Below, piece after piece: positions 32,306 through 43,134 of a stretch of DNA of 64,000 bases. Position 1 is the first letter of the stretch. Every line of letters starts with the position of its first letter. Below the pieces are notes generated by a model. The model ran no database searches. It worked only from the letters and a program-made list of their open reading frames with translations, and had not been told where the DNA came from. Source of the DNA: an uncultured bacterium. GTDB taxonomy: Bacteria > Krumholzibacteriota > Krumholzibacteriia > Krumholzibacteriales > Krumholzibacteriaceae. Location: positions 37,719-101,718 of the forward strand of contig CAWFAD010000006.1 in assembly GCA_963813815.1 (NCBI GenBank), written 5' to 3'. The position numbers and the translations under genes are program-made.

Positions 32306-33926
32306 CTACTCGAGCTTTCGCTCCTTGAGGCGCTCGCCCGCGTCTTTGACGATCGTCCGATACCACGCATCCGGGTAGGGCGGATGCTGGACGTGGCCGA
32401 GCTCGTCCTTGACATTTCCGTCCATGTACTTCACGAGCAGATCCTCGCCGAGCGTGCGCCAGCGGTCGACCGTGTTCTGCGCCGTCGTGCACGAGTACTC
32501 GGTGAGATAATCGATCGCGAGACCCGGCGATTCCTTGTGGAGCGTCACGGCCGCGGCGTCCACGCGCGGCTGCGCGGCGAGGAAAGATCCCTCGAGATCG
32601 CGCTGCACGACCTGAATGTCGCGGATCATATCGACGTAGCGGGAGTAGGCGAAGTTCGACACCCAGTTGAAGACCCAGAATCCCGATTTCCACGAGAAGC
32701 GGTGGAAATCCGCGGTGCCCACGGCGAACGCCTCGGGCACGCGCGTGATCCCGCAGTAGATCGGGTTGTAGACCGTGCTGTACGTGTCGTCGACGCCGAA
32801 CCAGAAGATTCCGCCCACGGGATCGGGGAGCCACGAGCGCATCTGCGAGACGAAGGAGAAGCCCGTCTGCTGCGTCGATGTCGCCCTTTCGTGCACGTAC
32901 GCGACGGAGTCGACCTGCCACTGCATGGGGCGCCACCGGTAGGGGCAGACAAAGGGCCCCGCGCCGACGTCGTTCGTCATGTCGAAGTCCGTTCCTTCGA
33001 AGTGGTCGCGCATGAGCTCCATGACGTCGTGAACCGAGAGCTTGCGGTCCGGCTTGATCCAGAGCGGCATCGGTTCGGCGCCCGCGACGCCCTTGACGTA
33101 ATCCATCGAGAGCTTGAGCGAAGGAGCCGCGCGGTTGAACATCGCGTAGACGCGCGACTCGCAGAAGCGGAGCGCGCCGAAATCGAGCGGAGCGTAGGCC
33201 GCGGCGAAATCGAACTCCGCGTCGGATCCCTTGAAGTACCCCTTCTCGCGCGCGACCGAGATGACGTCCGGCGCGTAGAGGCAGTTCGCCTTGTCGTTCA
33301 GGGGGAACCGGCGGATGCGGGCCTGATTGGCGTGGGCCGAGATGTAGCCGTCGGGGACCCTTCGAGCCACCCAGACGGCGCCCTTGTTGCCCGGTCCCTT
33401 GCCGATCATGTCCATGAACCAGACCTCGTTCGGATCCGAAATCGAGAACGATTCGCCGCTGCTGTAGTAACCGTGCGCCGCGACGAGGCCCGTCATGACC
33501 TCGATCGCCTCGCGCGCGGTCTTCGCGCGCTGGAGCGCGAGGAACATGAGACTCCCGTAGTCGACGACGCCGGTGCTGTCGCGGAGCTCCGGGCGCCCGC
33601 CCCACGTCGTCTCGCCGACCGAAACCTGATGCTCGTTCATGAGCCCGACGTACCCGTACGTGTGGGGAACGTGCGGAATCCGGCCGAGAAACTTGCCCGT
33701 GTCCCACTCGTAGATGTCGAGCATCGTGCCCGGCGCGAAGTCGCGGGCCGGAGCGTGATAGAGCTCGCCGTAGAGCTCGTGCGAATCGGCGGAGTAGCTG
33801 ATCATGGTCGAGCCGTCCGCCGAGGCGCCCCTCGTGACGAGATAGTTCGTGCAGGCGCTCGCGGCGGAGGCGGCGAAGAGCCGCCGCCGTCGAAACAACC
33901 AGTGCGATCCGGGTCGTGCGTTTCAT
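32306..33926 (-). CDS. Dipeptidase, peptidase family C69 (frameshift in the signal-peptide region)
   Basis: Mature N-terminal nucleophile CTNYLV..GAS.DGS, MNEHQVSVGETT, SAHANQARI; ATG 33926 is out of frame with the body. Confidence 0.88.
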
Positions 33927-33952
33927 GAGCTGCGGTACCTCCCTTGGTTCGG

Positions 33953-35545
33953 TCAACGGTTCCGTTTCGGGTGAAAGACGCCGTAGGTCCGCTCCGCGGC
34001 GCCGAGAGCGGCGAGCGCGAGGCGGACGTGCGGCACGCCGGCGCGGGGCGCGAGCATGCCGCGGATGTTGTCGAAATCGCTTTTGCGGACGAATCCGGTC
34101 GCGAGCGCGGCGACGGCGTAGAGCGCCGTGCCGCCCGCCAGGACGAGCGGGATCCGGAGCGCGGCGTGCCAGCCCGCGGAGAGCCACCCGAGCGCGACGT
34201 ACACGAGCGAGAGGAGCAGCGGATGGATCCACGCCCGGAGCTCGATGCGGCTTCCCGCGACCCGTCCCATCATGACGAGGAGCGTCGCGGCGAGCGCGAC
34301 GAAGGTCGCGAGCGCCGCGGCCGCGGCGCCGTTGATGCCGTAGCGGGGGATGAGGATCGCGTTGAGCGCGATGTTGAAGGCGGCGGCGCCGAGGTAGGCG
34401 GCCGCCGAGAGCCCTCCCCGCCCGTGCGCCACGAGCGCGGCCCATCCGATGCGGCAGAACAGATCGATGAAGGTGATCGCGGCGACGATCTGCACGATGC
34501 TCGTCGAGGGGCCGAAGCGCGGCACGAGGATGCCGAAGAAATCCTTCACGAGCACGAAGATGACGAACGTCGCCGGCATGAGCACCATGAACCCGAAACG
34601 CGACGCGTTCCGGACGAGGTTGCCGAAGATGTTCCGGTCGGGATCGTCCTTGGCGGCCGTGAGCGTCGGCACGAGGGCGAAGCCGATCGTCGAGGCGACG
34701 ATGTCGAGTATGGTGACGATCTGCGCGCCCATCGAGTAGTAGCCGAGCTGCTCGGCCGGCAGGTAGAACTTGATCATGATGCGGTCGATCGAGTTGATGA
34801 GGTTCCAGCCGAGCCCCGCTATGAAAAAGAGAAATCCGAACCGCGTCGTTTCCTTGATGCCTCTCCAGAGCGGACCGACCGCCTCGCCGAACGAGGGAAG
34901 CACCCGCCGGTGAAACACGCGCGCGTAGAGCGCCGCTCCCGCGATCTCGGACGCGAGCAGGGCCCCGACGATGAGCGTGACGTTCCGCTGCCAGAGGACC
35001 GCGCCGACCGGAAGCGCGATGTTGAGGAGGCCGTGAACGAACGCGATGGATGCGCCGAGCTTTCCCCGCTGGACGGAGAAGTAGACCGACGCGAAAAACG
35101 TGTTGACGGCGAGAAACGGTATGATGAGCGCGCTCAGGCGGAGAGGATTCACCGCCGCGCTCTCATGGGCCACGTGCTCGGCGATCCACGGCGAGAAGAC
35201 GAGCATCGCGGCCGCCCAGAGGACGCTCAACGCGAGGGTGCAGAATGCCGTCGAGCGGTAGATCATGCGCGTGAGATCCGGACGCCCGTCCTGGAGGTAC
35301 GCCGGCATGAGCTTCAGCACGGAGGTGTTGAAGCCGACGTTCGAGAGCATGCCGCCGATGAGCAGGTACGGGTTCGGGATGTTGAGAATGCCGTAGAGCG
35401 CCGGTCCGAGGAGCCTCCCGAGGAGGATGCCCTTGATCGGCTTCAGGACGAGTATCGCGATGCGGGACGCGGAATAGAAGAAGCTGTCGGATAGAACCTT
35501 GGCGGTCGAGAGATCGATGCGTCGCGTTTCGCGTGGATGGGACAT
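33953..35545 (-). CDS. Polysaccharide flippase (Wzx/MOP superfamily)
   Basis: RLLGPALYG, IDRIMI..LGYYS, LIPRYGINGAAAA; many TM helices. Confidence 0.88.
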   Translation of the reverse strand: MSHPRETRRIDLSTAKVLSDSFFYSASRIAILVLKPIKGILLGRLLGPALYGILNIPNPYLLIGGMLSNVGFNTSVLKLMPAYLQDGRPDLTRMIYRSTAFCTLALSVLWAAAMLVFSPWIAEHVAHESAAVNPLRLSALIIPFLAVNTFFASVYFSVQRGKLGASIAFVHGLLNIALPVGAVLWQRNVTLIVGALLASEIAGAALYARVFHRRVLPSFGEAVGPLWRGIKETTRFGFLFFIAGLGWNLINSIDRIMIKFYLPAEQLGYYSMGAQIVTILDIVASTIGFALVPTLTAAKDDPDRNIFGNLVRNASRFGFMVLMPATFVIFVLVKDFFGILVPRFGPSTSIVQIVAAITFIDLFCRIGWAALVAHGRGGLSAAAYLGAAAFNIALNAILIPRYGINGAAAAALATFVALAATLLVMMGRVAGSRIELRAWIHPLLLSLVYVALGWLSAGWHAALRIPLVLAGGTALYAVAALATGFVRKSDFDNIRGMLAPRAGVPHVRLALAALGAAERTYGVFHPKRNR

Positions 35546-36944
35546 TATTTTTTGAATTTGCTGATGAATTCCTCGACCTCTGGGATTCCGCCCTGAAAGA
35601 TGAGATATCCGTTGTGCGGCTCGCGCTCGGTGATCTCGCCGGCGATCGGCGTGAGCATGATCTTTCGGACTTCCTCGCGGTCGTGCGTTTGCCCGAGCGC
35701 CCAGCCGAGCTTCATGTATCCGACCTCGGGCAGCAGGTTCGCGCCGGGAATGACGCCGAGGTCCATCATGTCGCGCCCCGTGTCGTACACGTACATCTGC
35801 ACGTAGCCCCAGAGCGTCTGCACCGTCATGTAGACGTGAATGCCCCGGTCGAACGCCTTCTTGAGGCTCGGGTAGAGCGGCTTGTTGACGTGGCCGAGCC
35901 CCGTGCCCGCGATGATGATCCCCTGGTAGCCGTTGTCGATGAGGGAGTCGATGATGTCGGGCTTCATGTTCGGGTAGTAGTACACGATCGCCACGCGGTC
36001 GTCGAACGCCGTGTTGATTTTCACGTTTCGATCGGTCCGCCGCCGCTTGATAGTCCTGCCGCAGATGGATGAAGCGCTCGCGGTCCACCATGGCGAGCGG
36101 AATGTCGCCGATCGTGCGGAAGGTCGATCGATAGGATGAATGCATCTTTCGCACGCGCGTGCCGCGGTGGAGCAGTCCGTAGTCGTCGCTCGTCGGGCCG
36201 AACATGCAGACCATGACCTCGGCGATGTCGCCGTGCGCCGCCGAGCTCGTCGCGTTGATGAGATTGAGGGCCGCGTCGCTCGAGGGGCGATCGCTCGACC
36301 GCTGCGAACCGACCATGATGATCGGAACCGGCGGAGTCCTGCACCATGAAGGAGAGGATCGCCGCCGTGTGGTGCATCGTGTCGGTGCCGTGGCCGATGA
36401 TGATGCCCGACACGCCCCGCTCGATCTCGCGCCCGATGGCGTTCGCCGTGCCGATCCACTGCTCCGGCCCCATGTTTTCGCTGAAGACGCCGTAGAGCTT
36501 TTCCGTCTCGATGTTGCAGATGTCGGCGAGCTCGGGCACCGAGCCGTAGAGCTCCCCCGGCGAGAAGGCCGGGATGACGGCTCCCGTGCGGTAGTCGAGG
36601 CGCGAGGCGATCGTGCCGCCGGTGCCGAGGAGCTTCACGGTCGGTTTGGCGGGGTCGTAGGGGAAGGCCTTCTCCGGGATCTTGTAGTGCGCCTCCTTGC
36701 GGCCGAGCTCCTTCATCGCCGTGATCGTGCCGACGGCGAGGCCGACGTTGTAGCCGTTTCGCAGCTTCATCACGATGTGCTTGTCGTCGGCTGACTCGGA
36801 GCGGGGGAGAATGATGCCGGTGAAGGCGCCGCGCGTCGAGGCGACCTCGACGTCGCTCCAGACGCTCACCTGAAAGCGCTTGAGGCAGGCGAGCGCGTCC
36901 CCCCGGTACCCCTTGTGCAGATCCTGCGGTATGATCTCAGCCAT
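35545..36944 (-). CDS. gatD: Glu-tRNA(Gln) amidotransferase subunit D (frameshifts near 36335 and 36035)
   Basis: GatD N-domain KLRNGYNVG, TGGTIASRLDYRTGAV, HGTDTM, GSQRSSDRPSSDA, RKMHSSYR, GTGLGH, LPEVGYMKL.WAL. Confidence 0.9.
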
Positions 36945-36950
36945 CGTTCC

Positions 36951-38861
36951 TCACGAAATATGCGCGGACACGATCTCCGCGATGTTTTTCCCCGGGAGCG
37001 CTCCCCGGAACTTTCCCATGACGAGCCCCATGACGTGCCGCACGAGCTTCGGCTCCTCGATCTCGGGCAGCGCGGCGCCCTTGAGGAACGCCGCGATTTC
37101 TTTCTTCGCTTTCTCCGGCGCGCGAAGGTCGAGCGCGCCGATCGCCTCTGCGGCCTCGAGACCCTCGCCGCACGTCTTCTCGACGAGCGGGAGGAGAAGC
37201 TCGACGGGAATCTTCGCCGCCGCCGCCGCGCGGATGGCCTCCGCGAACCGCTCGTCCGTGAAATGGGGGAGCAGCCCGCGCCTGCGCAGATTCCGCACCC
37301 TTCCGAGCATGAGCCCCGCGAGGGCGCGCTGCGGATACGCGGCGATTCCCGAGAGGGCGTCGAAGACGAAGCGCTCGGGCGCGACGCTCATGAGCCCCGC
37401 CGTCTCGCGCGAGAGCCCGATCCCCTCGTAGCGGGCGGCGCGGTCCCACGGCCGCTCGGCCATGATCGATTTTATGCGGTCGATGCGGTCCTCGGTGATC
37501 GCGATCGGGGGAAGATCGGTGTCGGGGTACATGCGGTCGGGGCCGGGGAGGATCCGTTCGAAACCGTTCGTTCCGTCGGGCAGCGCCTGGCGCGTCTCGT
37601 TCGGAACCCCGTCGAGCGCGTCGCGGGCGCGGAGCGCGATCTCGCCGGCGCCGGTTTCGACGTCGCGGCGATCTCCCCAGACGAGGACGACCGTGTCCCG
37701 CTCCCCCGCGCGCACGGCCTTCTTGATTCGCGTCCACTCGGTGCTCGAGAGGGTTTCCCCTTCTTGGTCTGAGTGGGCGATGTTCGGGAGCCGCGTGAGG
37801 CAGGCGATGACGCGCACGCGGTCCGAGATCTCCTTCGCGAAAGTCGTTTCGGGCTGGGTGCGCCACGAGAGCATGCCGCGGAAACCGCGAAGCGCCACGG
37901 CGCGCGTCTCGAGGCCGTCGCGGAGCGCCTTGGCGAGGGGATAGTACTGCGTTCCCGCCACGAGCTCCTTCACGTCCGAGACGTCGGCGCGGAAGGAGGC
38001 GGGCGTCACTCCCCGCCGTCCGAGCTCGGCCTTGATGTCGAGGAGCGCGGCCTGTCGATAGGCCTCGTTGTGAACGAGGAGCGGAATGAGCGGTATCCGC
38101 GAGACGCCCTTGATCTCGACCCGCTGTCCGCCTTCGATCGACACGTTCACGTCCTGCCGCCCCGCGCCGATGCCGGTGTGCATCTTGCCCGTCGCCCGCA
38201 CGAGCCGGCGCAGCAGCTGCGCGACCTCGGCCACCTCCTGCGGCGTCTTCATGTCGGGGTAGGTGACGCTCTCGATGAGCGCGAAGCCGAGCCGGTCGGT
38301 CCGGTAGGTCCGCACGTGGCCGACGTCCGAGACCTCGCGGCAGGCGTCCTCCTCGAGTCCGAGCTGTCTGATGCCGATGCGCCGTCCCTTGTAGGGGATC
38401 GACCCGTCGACGCCGAGGATCGTCGTGCGCTGAAATCCCGTGGGGATGGAGCCGTCGAGGTACTGCTTGCGCGCGATGTGCACCTCGCTCACGAGGTTGC
38501 AGCCGAGGAGCATCGTCACCTCGAGGGCGATGTCGAGCGCCTCCTGATTGAGCTCGAAAGGAGGCGTGTCGTCCATTTCGTAGGTGCAGATCGTCTCCTG
38601 GCGTATCTGGTAGATGATCTCTTTCTTGGTCTTGAACTCCATGAGCGCCGTGCCGTCGTACTCGCCGAGCTCGGAGAGGGTCGGCCGCATGTGCCGCAGA
38701 ATCTCGGCGTCGTACTCCTCGCAGTAGGGGCGGATGACGGGGCAGCGGCAAAAGAGCTTTTTGCGGGTCGCGAGCTGCTGGTGGATCTCGAGACCCGATT
38801 TCATCCCGAGGCGGGCGTAGTCCTCGGGGGTCGTTTCGGAGAGCTTTCGTAGCTCAATCAC
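36951..38861 (-). CDS. gatE: Glu-tRNA(Gln) amidotransferase subunit E
   Basis: GLEIHQQL..KLFCRC, LRHMRPTLSELGEYD, DGSIPTGFQRT, LEEDACRE, RQDVNVSI, GVPNETR, PGPDRMYPDTDLPP. Confidence 0.93.
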   Translation of the reverse strand: MIELRKLSETTPEDYARLGMKSGLEIHQQLATRKKLFCRCPVIRPYCEEYDAEILRHMRPTLSELGEYDGTALMEFKTKKEIIYQIRQETICTYEMDDTPPFELNQEALDIALEVTMLLGCNLVSEVHIARKQYLDGSIPTGFQRTTILGVDGSIPYKGRRIGIRQLGLEEDACREVSDVGHVRTYRTDRLGFALIESVTYPDMKTPQEVAEVAQLLRRLVRATGKMHTGIGAGRQDVNVSIEGGQRVEIKGVSRIPLIPLLVHNEAYRQAALLDIKAELGRRGVTPASFRADVSDVKELVAGTQYYPLAKALRDGLETRAVALRGFRGMLSWRTQPETTFAKEISDRVRVIACLTRLPNIAHSDQEGETLSSTEWTRIKKAVRAGERDTVVLVWGDRRDVETGAGEIALRARDALDGVPNETRQALPDGTNGFERILPGPDRMYPDTDLPPIAITEDRIDRIKSIMAERPWDRAARYEGIGLSRETAGLMSVAPERFVFDALSGIAAYPQRALAGLMLGRVRNLRRRGLLPHFTDERFAEAIRAAAAAKIPVELLLPLVEKTCGEGLEAAEAIGALDLRAPEKAKKEIAAFLKGAALPEIEEPKLVRHVMGLVMGKFRGALPGKNIAEIVSAHIS

Positions 38862-38883
38862 GTCGGTCGCCTTTCCGGCGGTT

Positions 38884-40299
38884 CTAGCAATCGAGGTACA
38901 TCTGGACCTCGAGGGGATGCGTCCGGTTCCAGACTACGTTTGCCTCCCGCTCGATCTTGAGGCGGATCCAATCGCCGATCATGTCCTCGGAGAAGACGCC
39001 TCCCGCGGTGAGGTACGCGTGATCCTTCCTCAGCTCCTCGAGCGCCTCCTGGAGGGAGATCGGGAGCGGCTTGATCTTCGAGCGCTCCTTCGCGGGCATC
39101 TCGAAAATGTTCACGTCGTACGGGCCGAAGCCCTCCTTCGTCGGATCGAGCCGCCGCTTGATGCCGTCGATGCCGGCCATGAGCTGCGCCGCCATGGCGA
39201 GGTAGCTGTTGCAGGTGGCGTCCGGCGGGCGGAACTCCATCCGCTTCGTCGCGGGATCGGTCGCGTACTTCGGTATGCGGATCGCGGCGGAGCGGTTCGC
39301 GAGCGAGAAGAAGCAGTTCACGGGCGCCTCGAAGCCCGGCACGAGGCGCTTGTAGCTGTTGGTGCTCGGATTGGTGAACGCCGTGAGCGACGGCGCGTGC
39401 CGCAGGAGCCCGGCGGCGTAGTGGTGCGCGAGCTTCGAGAGCCCCGCGTAGCCGTTTTTGCCGTAGAAGACGTTCTCCCGCTTCTTGAGGAGAAATTGAT
39501 GAAAATGCATGCCGGTGCCGGGCTCGTTGTGGAGCGGCTTCGGCATGAAGGTCGCGGTCTTTCCGTGCCGGTGCGCCGTCATGCGCGCGAAGTGCTTCAC
39601 CATCATCGAGATGTCGCCCATCCGCGTGAGGGGGCCGAAGTCGACCTCGATCTCGACCTGCCCGTGGCCGCCGACCTCGTGGTGGTGGTAGAGCGTCTCG
39701 ACCCCCGCCTCGTGCAGCAGCGTGACCGTCTTGTCCCGGATGCCGACGAGGACGTCCTCGGGAGGCAGCCCGTGATAGCCCGAGAAGGTCCACAGCCCGA
39801 AGGTGTTCTCGCGGAGGCCCTCCGCCGGAACGATCTCGTACATGCACGTCTTGTTGGAGTTCTTGACCCGAACCTCCTCGAAGACGTAGTACTCGAACTC
39901 CGGTCCCCACATCGAGACGTCCGCGTAGCCGGTTTTGCGCAGATATCGCTCCGCGGACCGAGCGACCGAGCGCGGATCGCGCGAGAACGGCTGCTTCGAG
40001 TCGGCCTCGACGATGCGGCAGATGAAGGATATGGTGGGCTCGTCGCGGAACGGGTCGAAGTATCCGGTCTCGAGCTCCGGAACGAGCGCGAGATCCCCCT
40101 TCTCGACGGACGACATGCCGGCGAAGTTCGAGCCGTCGAACCCGACGCCGTGCGTGAAGAGGCGATCGCCCACGCGCGAGGGGGGCACCGTGAGGTGGTG
40201 CCAGCGGCCGAAGAGGTCCGTGAACTTGAGGTCGATCTGCTTTATGCCGCGGCTTCGGATGGCCGCGCGCACTTTGGCTACGGACGAAAAAATGGCCAA
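38884..40299 (-). CDS. glnA: Glutamine synthetase type I
   Basis: FDGS, HHHEVG..GQ.E, ATFMPKP..GTGMHFH, NSYKRLVPGFEAP, NRSAAIRIP, EFRPPD. Confidence 0.96.
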   Translation of the reverse strand: MAIFSSVAKVRAAIRSRGIKQIDLKFTDLFGRWHHLTVPPSRVGDRLFTHGVGFDGSNFAGMSSVEKGDLALVPELETGYFDPFRDEPTISFICRIVEADSKQPFSRDPRSVARSAERYLRKTGYADVSMWGPEFEYYVFEEVRVKNSNKTCMYEIVPAEGLRENTFGLWTFSGYHGLPPEDVLVGIRDKTVTLLHEAGVETLYHHHEVGGHGQVEIEVDFGPLTRMGDISMMVKHFARMTAHRHGKTATFMPKPLHNEPGTGMHFHQFLLKKRENVFYGKNGYAGLSKLAHHYAAGLLRHAPSLTAFTNPSTNSYKRLVPGFEAPVNCFFSLANRSAAIRIPKYATDPATKRMEFRPPDATCNSYLAMAAQLMAGIDGIKRRLDPTKEGFGPYDVNIFEMPAKERSKIKPLPISLQEALEELRKDHAYLTAGGVFSEDMIGDWIRLKIEREANVVWNRTHPLEVQMYLDC

Positions 40300-40507
40300 C
40301 CTCCTTGTTCGGCGGGTCCGTCGAGGGGATTCGCCGCTTGGCCGGGTCGATTAGGCGTTCGGCCATTCAATATATTCGATGAATGGGGTGCATTCAAGGA
40401 AAAACGCCCCCCGGGCGAGCCGCGCAATTGCCATAATAAATAGCATTTGACAAGGCGTTCCGGCGGTGCTACTCAAAGGGATATTTTGAATCAACGGGAG
40501 GTACGCA

Positions 40508-41800
40508 GTGGTCGAGCAAAAGGTCATGAATCGCTGGCTCGCCGTGGTCGGAGCGCTCCTCGTCCAGCTCTCTCTCGGCGCCATCTACGCGTGGAGCGTT
40601 TTCACGACGCTCCTGCAGGATCCCGAGGGCGCGTTCCGCTTCAGCGCCACCCAGACGCAAATCATCTTTTCGGTCGGGCTCGGCATGTTCGCCGCGCTCA
40701 TGCCCTTCGCGGGCAGGCTGCAGGCGAAGATCGGTCCGCGCCGGGTCACGTTCATCGGAGGCCTCGTCCTCGGGGCGGGCTACATCCTCGCCGGTCTCTT
40801 CGGACGCGGGTTCGCCACGCAGCTCGTTTTCATCGGAGTCCTCGGCGGCGCCGGCATCGGGCTCGCGTACGTGAATCCGATCGCGGTCGGCATGCGGTGG
40901 TTCCCCGACAAGAAGGGGCTCATCACCGGGATCGCTGTGGCGGGGTTCGGTTTCGGCGCGCTTCTCTGGGTGCAGCTCGCGGGAGCGTGGGGGCACCTGC
41001 TCGATACGATGGGCGTGCTCCCCGTGTTCCTCGCGTACGGAATAGCGTTCGCGGTGCTCGTCTCGATCGGTTCGCTCTTCATGGTCTATCCGCCCGAGGG
41101 CTGGCGCCCGGCGGGCTGGAATCCCGAGGCCAAGGCGAAAAGCGCTTCGGCGTCCCCCGCGGTAGAGATGCTCCCGGGCCAGATGCTGAGGACCGGCCGC
41201 TACCACGTCATTTGGCTCGCCTACGCCTTCTGCGCGCTCGCCGGCCTCATGGTGATCGGCATCGCGAAGCTCTACGGTCGCGACGCGCTCGCGAGCTCGG
41301 GGCTCGAAAAGTACGCCGATCCCAAGGTCGCCGCCGCGGCCGCCTCGACCGCGTACGCGATATTCTTCGCGCTGGCGAACGGCTTCGGGCGCATCGGGTG
41401 GGGGATGATCGCCGACGGCATCGGCTGGAAACGCTCGATCGTGACGATGGCGGTCATACAGGGCGTCGCCATGGCGGCGCTCTACTACCTCGGATCGAGC
41501 TTCGCCGCGCTCTGCGTCTTCTTCGCGGTCGTCGGCGCCAACTTCGGAGGCACGCTCGCGCTCTTCCCGCTCGCGACCGCGGGCAGCTTCGGCTCGAAGA
41601 ACGTCGGACAGAACTACGGCTGGATGTTCACCGCGTACGGCGTCGGCGGCATCGTGGGGCCGATCGTCGCCGGCATTTTCAAAGACATGGGGCAGGGGAA
41701 GGGTGTGGCGGCGTGGATGCCTCCCTTCATGATCGCCGCGGCGCTCTGCGTCATCGCGGCCCTCATGATCGCGTCGCTCAAGCCGCCGAAAAAGGCCTGA
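40508..41800 (+). CDS. MFS transporter, oxalate:formate antiporter (OFA) family
   Basis: LGAIYAWSVF, WFPDKKGLITG.AVAGFGFG, NGFGRI.WG...D..G, FG.KNVGQNYG. Confidence 0.9.
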   Translation: MVEQKVMNRWLAVVGALLVQLSLGAIYAWSVFTTLLQDPEGAFRFSATQTQIIFSVGLGMFAALMPFAGRLQAKIGPRRVTFIGGLVLGAGYILAGLFGRGFATQLVFIGVLGGAGIGLAYVNPIAVGMRWFPDKKGLITGIAVAGFGFGALLWVQLAGAWGHLLDTMGVLPVFLAYGIAFAVLVSIGSLFMVYPPEGWRPAGWNPEAKAKSASASPAVEMLPGQMLRTGRYHVIWLAYAFCALAGLMVIGIAKLYGRDALASSGLEKYADPKVAAAAASTAYAIFFALANGFGRIGWGMIADGIGWKRSIVTMAVIQGVAMAALYYLGSSFAALCVFFAVVGANFGGTLALFPLATAGSFGSKNVGQNYGWMFTAYGVGGIVGPIVAGIFKDMGQGKGVAAWMPPFMIAAALCVIAALMIASLKPPKKA

Positions 41801-41842
41801 GGATCTGCGCCGCTCGCATCGGCGCCCGCGGAGGGTTCGGCC

Positions 41843-42403
41843 ATGGAAGAGCTGATTCGAAAATTGCTCGTCGAGCTCGGCGAGGATCCGAATCGCGAGG
41901 GGCTCCAGCGCACCCCCGAGCGGGTCAAGGAGTCCCTCGAGTTCCTCACGAGCGGCTATCGCGAGGACCCCGAAGAGATCTTCCGGGGAGCGGTGTTCGA
42001 GGAGAAATACGACGAGATGGTCATCGTGAAGAACATCAGCCTCTACAGCCTCTGCGAGCACCATCTGCTGCCGTTTTTCGGGGAATGCCACGTCGCGTAT
42101 ATCCCCAAGGGGCGCATCATCGGCATTTCGAAGATCCCCCGGATCGCGCAGACGTTCGCGCGGCGCCTTCAGGTGCAGGAGCGCCTCACGAATCAGATCG
42201 CGCAGTCGCTCATGGATCATCTCCAGCCCTACGGCGTCGCCGTGACGATCGAGGCGGTGCATCTCTGCATGGCGATGCGCGGCGTCCGCAAACGCGACGC
42301 TATCATCATCACGAGCGCCATGCTCGGGGCGTTTCGCACCGATCCGAAGACGCGCATGGAGTACCTCGAGCTCATCAAGCGGGGCGACTCGCGCGAGGGG
42401 TGA
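41843..42403 (+). CDS. folE: GTP cyclohydrolase I
   Basis: [39 protein letters not shown]. Confidence 0.97.
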   Translation: MEELIRKLLVELGEDPNREGLQRTPERVKESLEFLTSGYREDPEEIFRGAVFEEKYDEMVIVKNISLYSLCEHHLLPFFGECHVAYIPKGRIIGISKIPRIAQTFARRLQVQERLTNQIAQSLMDHLQPYGVAVTIEAVHLCMAMRGVRKRDAIIITSAMLGAFRTDPKTRMEYLELIKRGDSREG

Positions 42404-42538
42404 GACGGCGGTTCGCGCCGCCCCCTTTCCTCCTTGCAACCGCCGCGCGGTTCATTATATTGAATGGCTTTTCGGCCCGTGCGCGGCGGGGGATGCGCCG
42501 CGGGCGCGATTCGAGTTTCTACCGTCAGGAGTGGCTGC

Positions 42539-43105
42539 ATGGCGTCGATATCGGAATTTCGCAGAGGCATGGCGATCAAGCTCGACAACGAGATCTGGAT
42601 CATCACCGAGTATCAGCACGTCTCGCCGGGAAACTGGCGCGCCATGGTCCGCACGCGGCTCAAGAACGCGAAGACGGGCCGTGTGGCGGAGCGAACCTTC
42701 CGCATGACCGACCAGATCGACTCGGTTCGCCTCGAGAGCCGGGAGATGCAGTATCTCTACGAAGCCGACGGGAGCCTCCACTTCATGGACACGAAGACCT
42801 ACGAGCAGACGTTCATCCCCGCTGAGTTTCTCGGTGAGCAGAGACAGTTCCTGAAAGAGGGGAACAAGTGCACGATCTCATTCATCGACGATAAGCCGAT
42901 CACGGCCGACCTTCCCTTCTTCATCGATTACGTCATCGCCGAGTCGGAGCCGGGCGTCCGCGGCGACAGCACGACGAACCTCACGAAGAACGCCGTGACC
43001 GAGACGGGCGCCAAGGTGCAGGTGCCGCTCTTCGTGAACGTGGGCGACACCATCCGGGTCGACACTCGGACCGGGAAGTACATCGAGCGCGTTTCTAAGG
43101 GATGA
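42539..43105 (+). CDS. efp: Translation elongation factor P
   Basis: MQYLY, FMDTKTYEQ, PGVRGDS, VQVPLFVNVGD.IRVDTRTG.YIER. Confidence 0.96.
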   Translation: MASISEFRRGMAIKLDNEIWIITEYQHVSPGNWRAMVRTRLKNAKTGRVAERTFRMTDQIDSVRLESREMQYLYEADGSLHFMDTKTYEQTFIPAEFLGEQRQFLKEGNKCTISFIDDKPITADLPFFIDYVIAESEPGVRGDSTTNLTKNAVTETGAKVQVPLFVNVGDTIRVDTRTGKYIERVSKG

Positions 43106-43134
43106 CTCTCTGATGCGGCGTTCAAATGAACGAG

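Noticed and set aside
36951..38861. Bacterial GatB
   Set aside because: Length (636 aa), the central insertion, the RPTLSELGE and GVP.ETR motifs and the adjacent GatD-type asparaginase fit GatE
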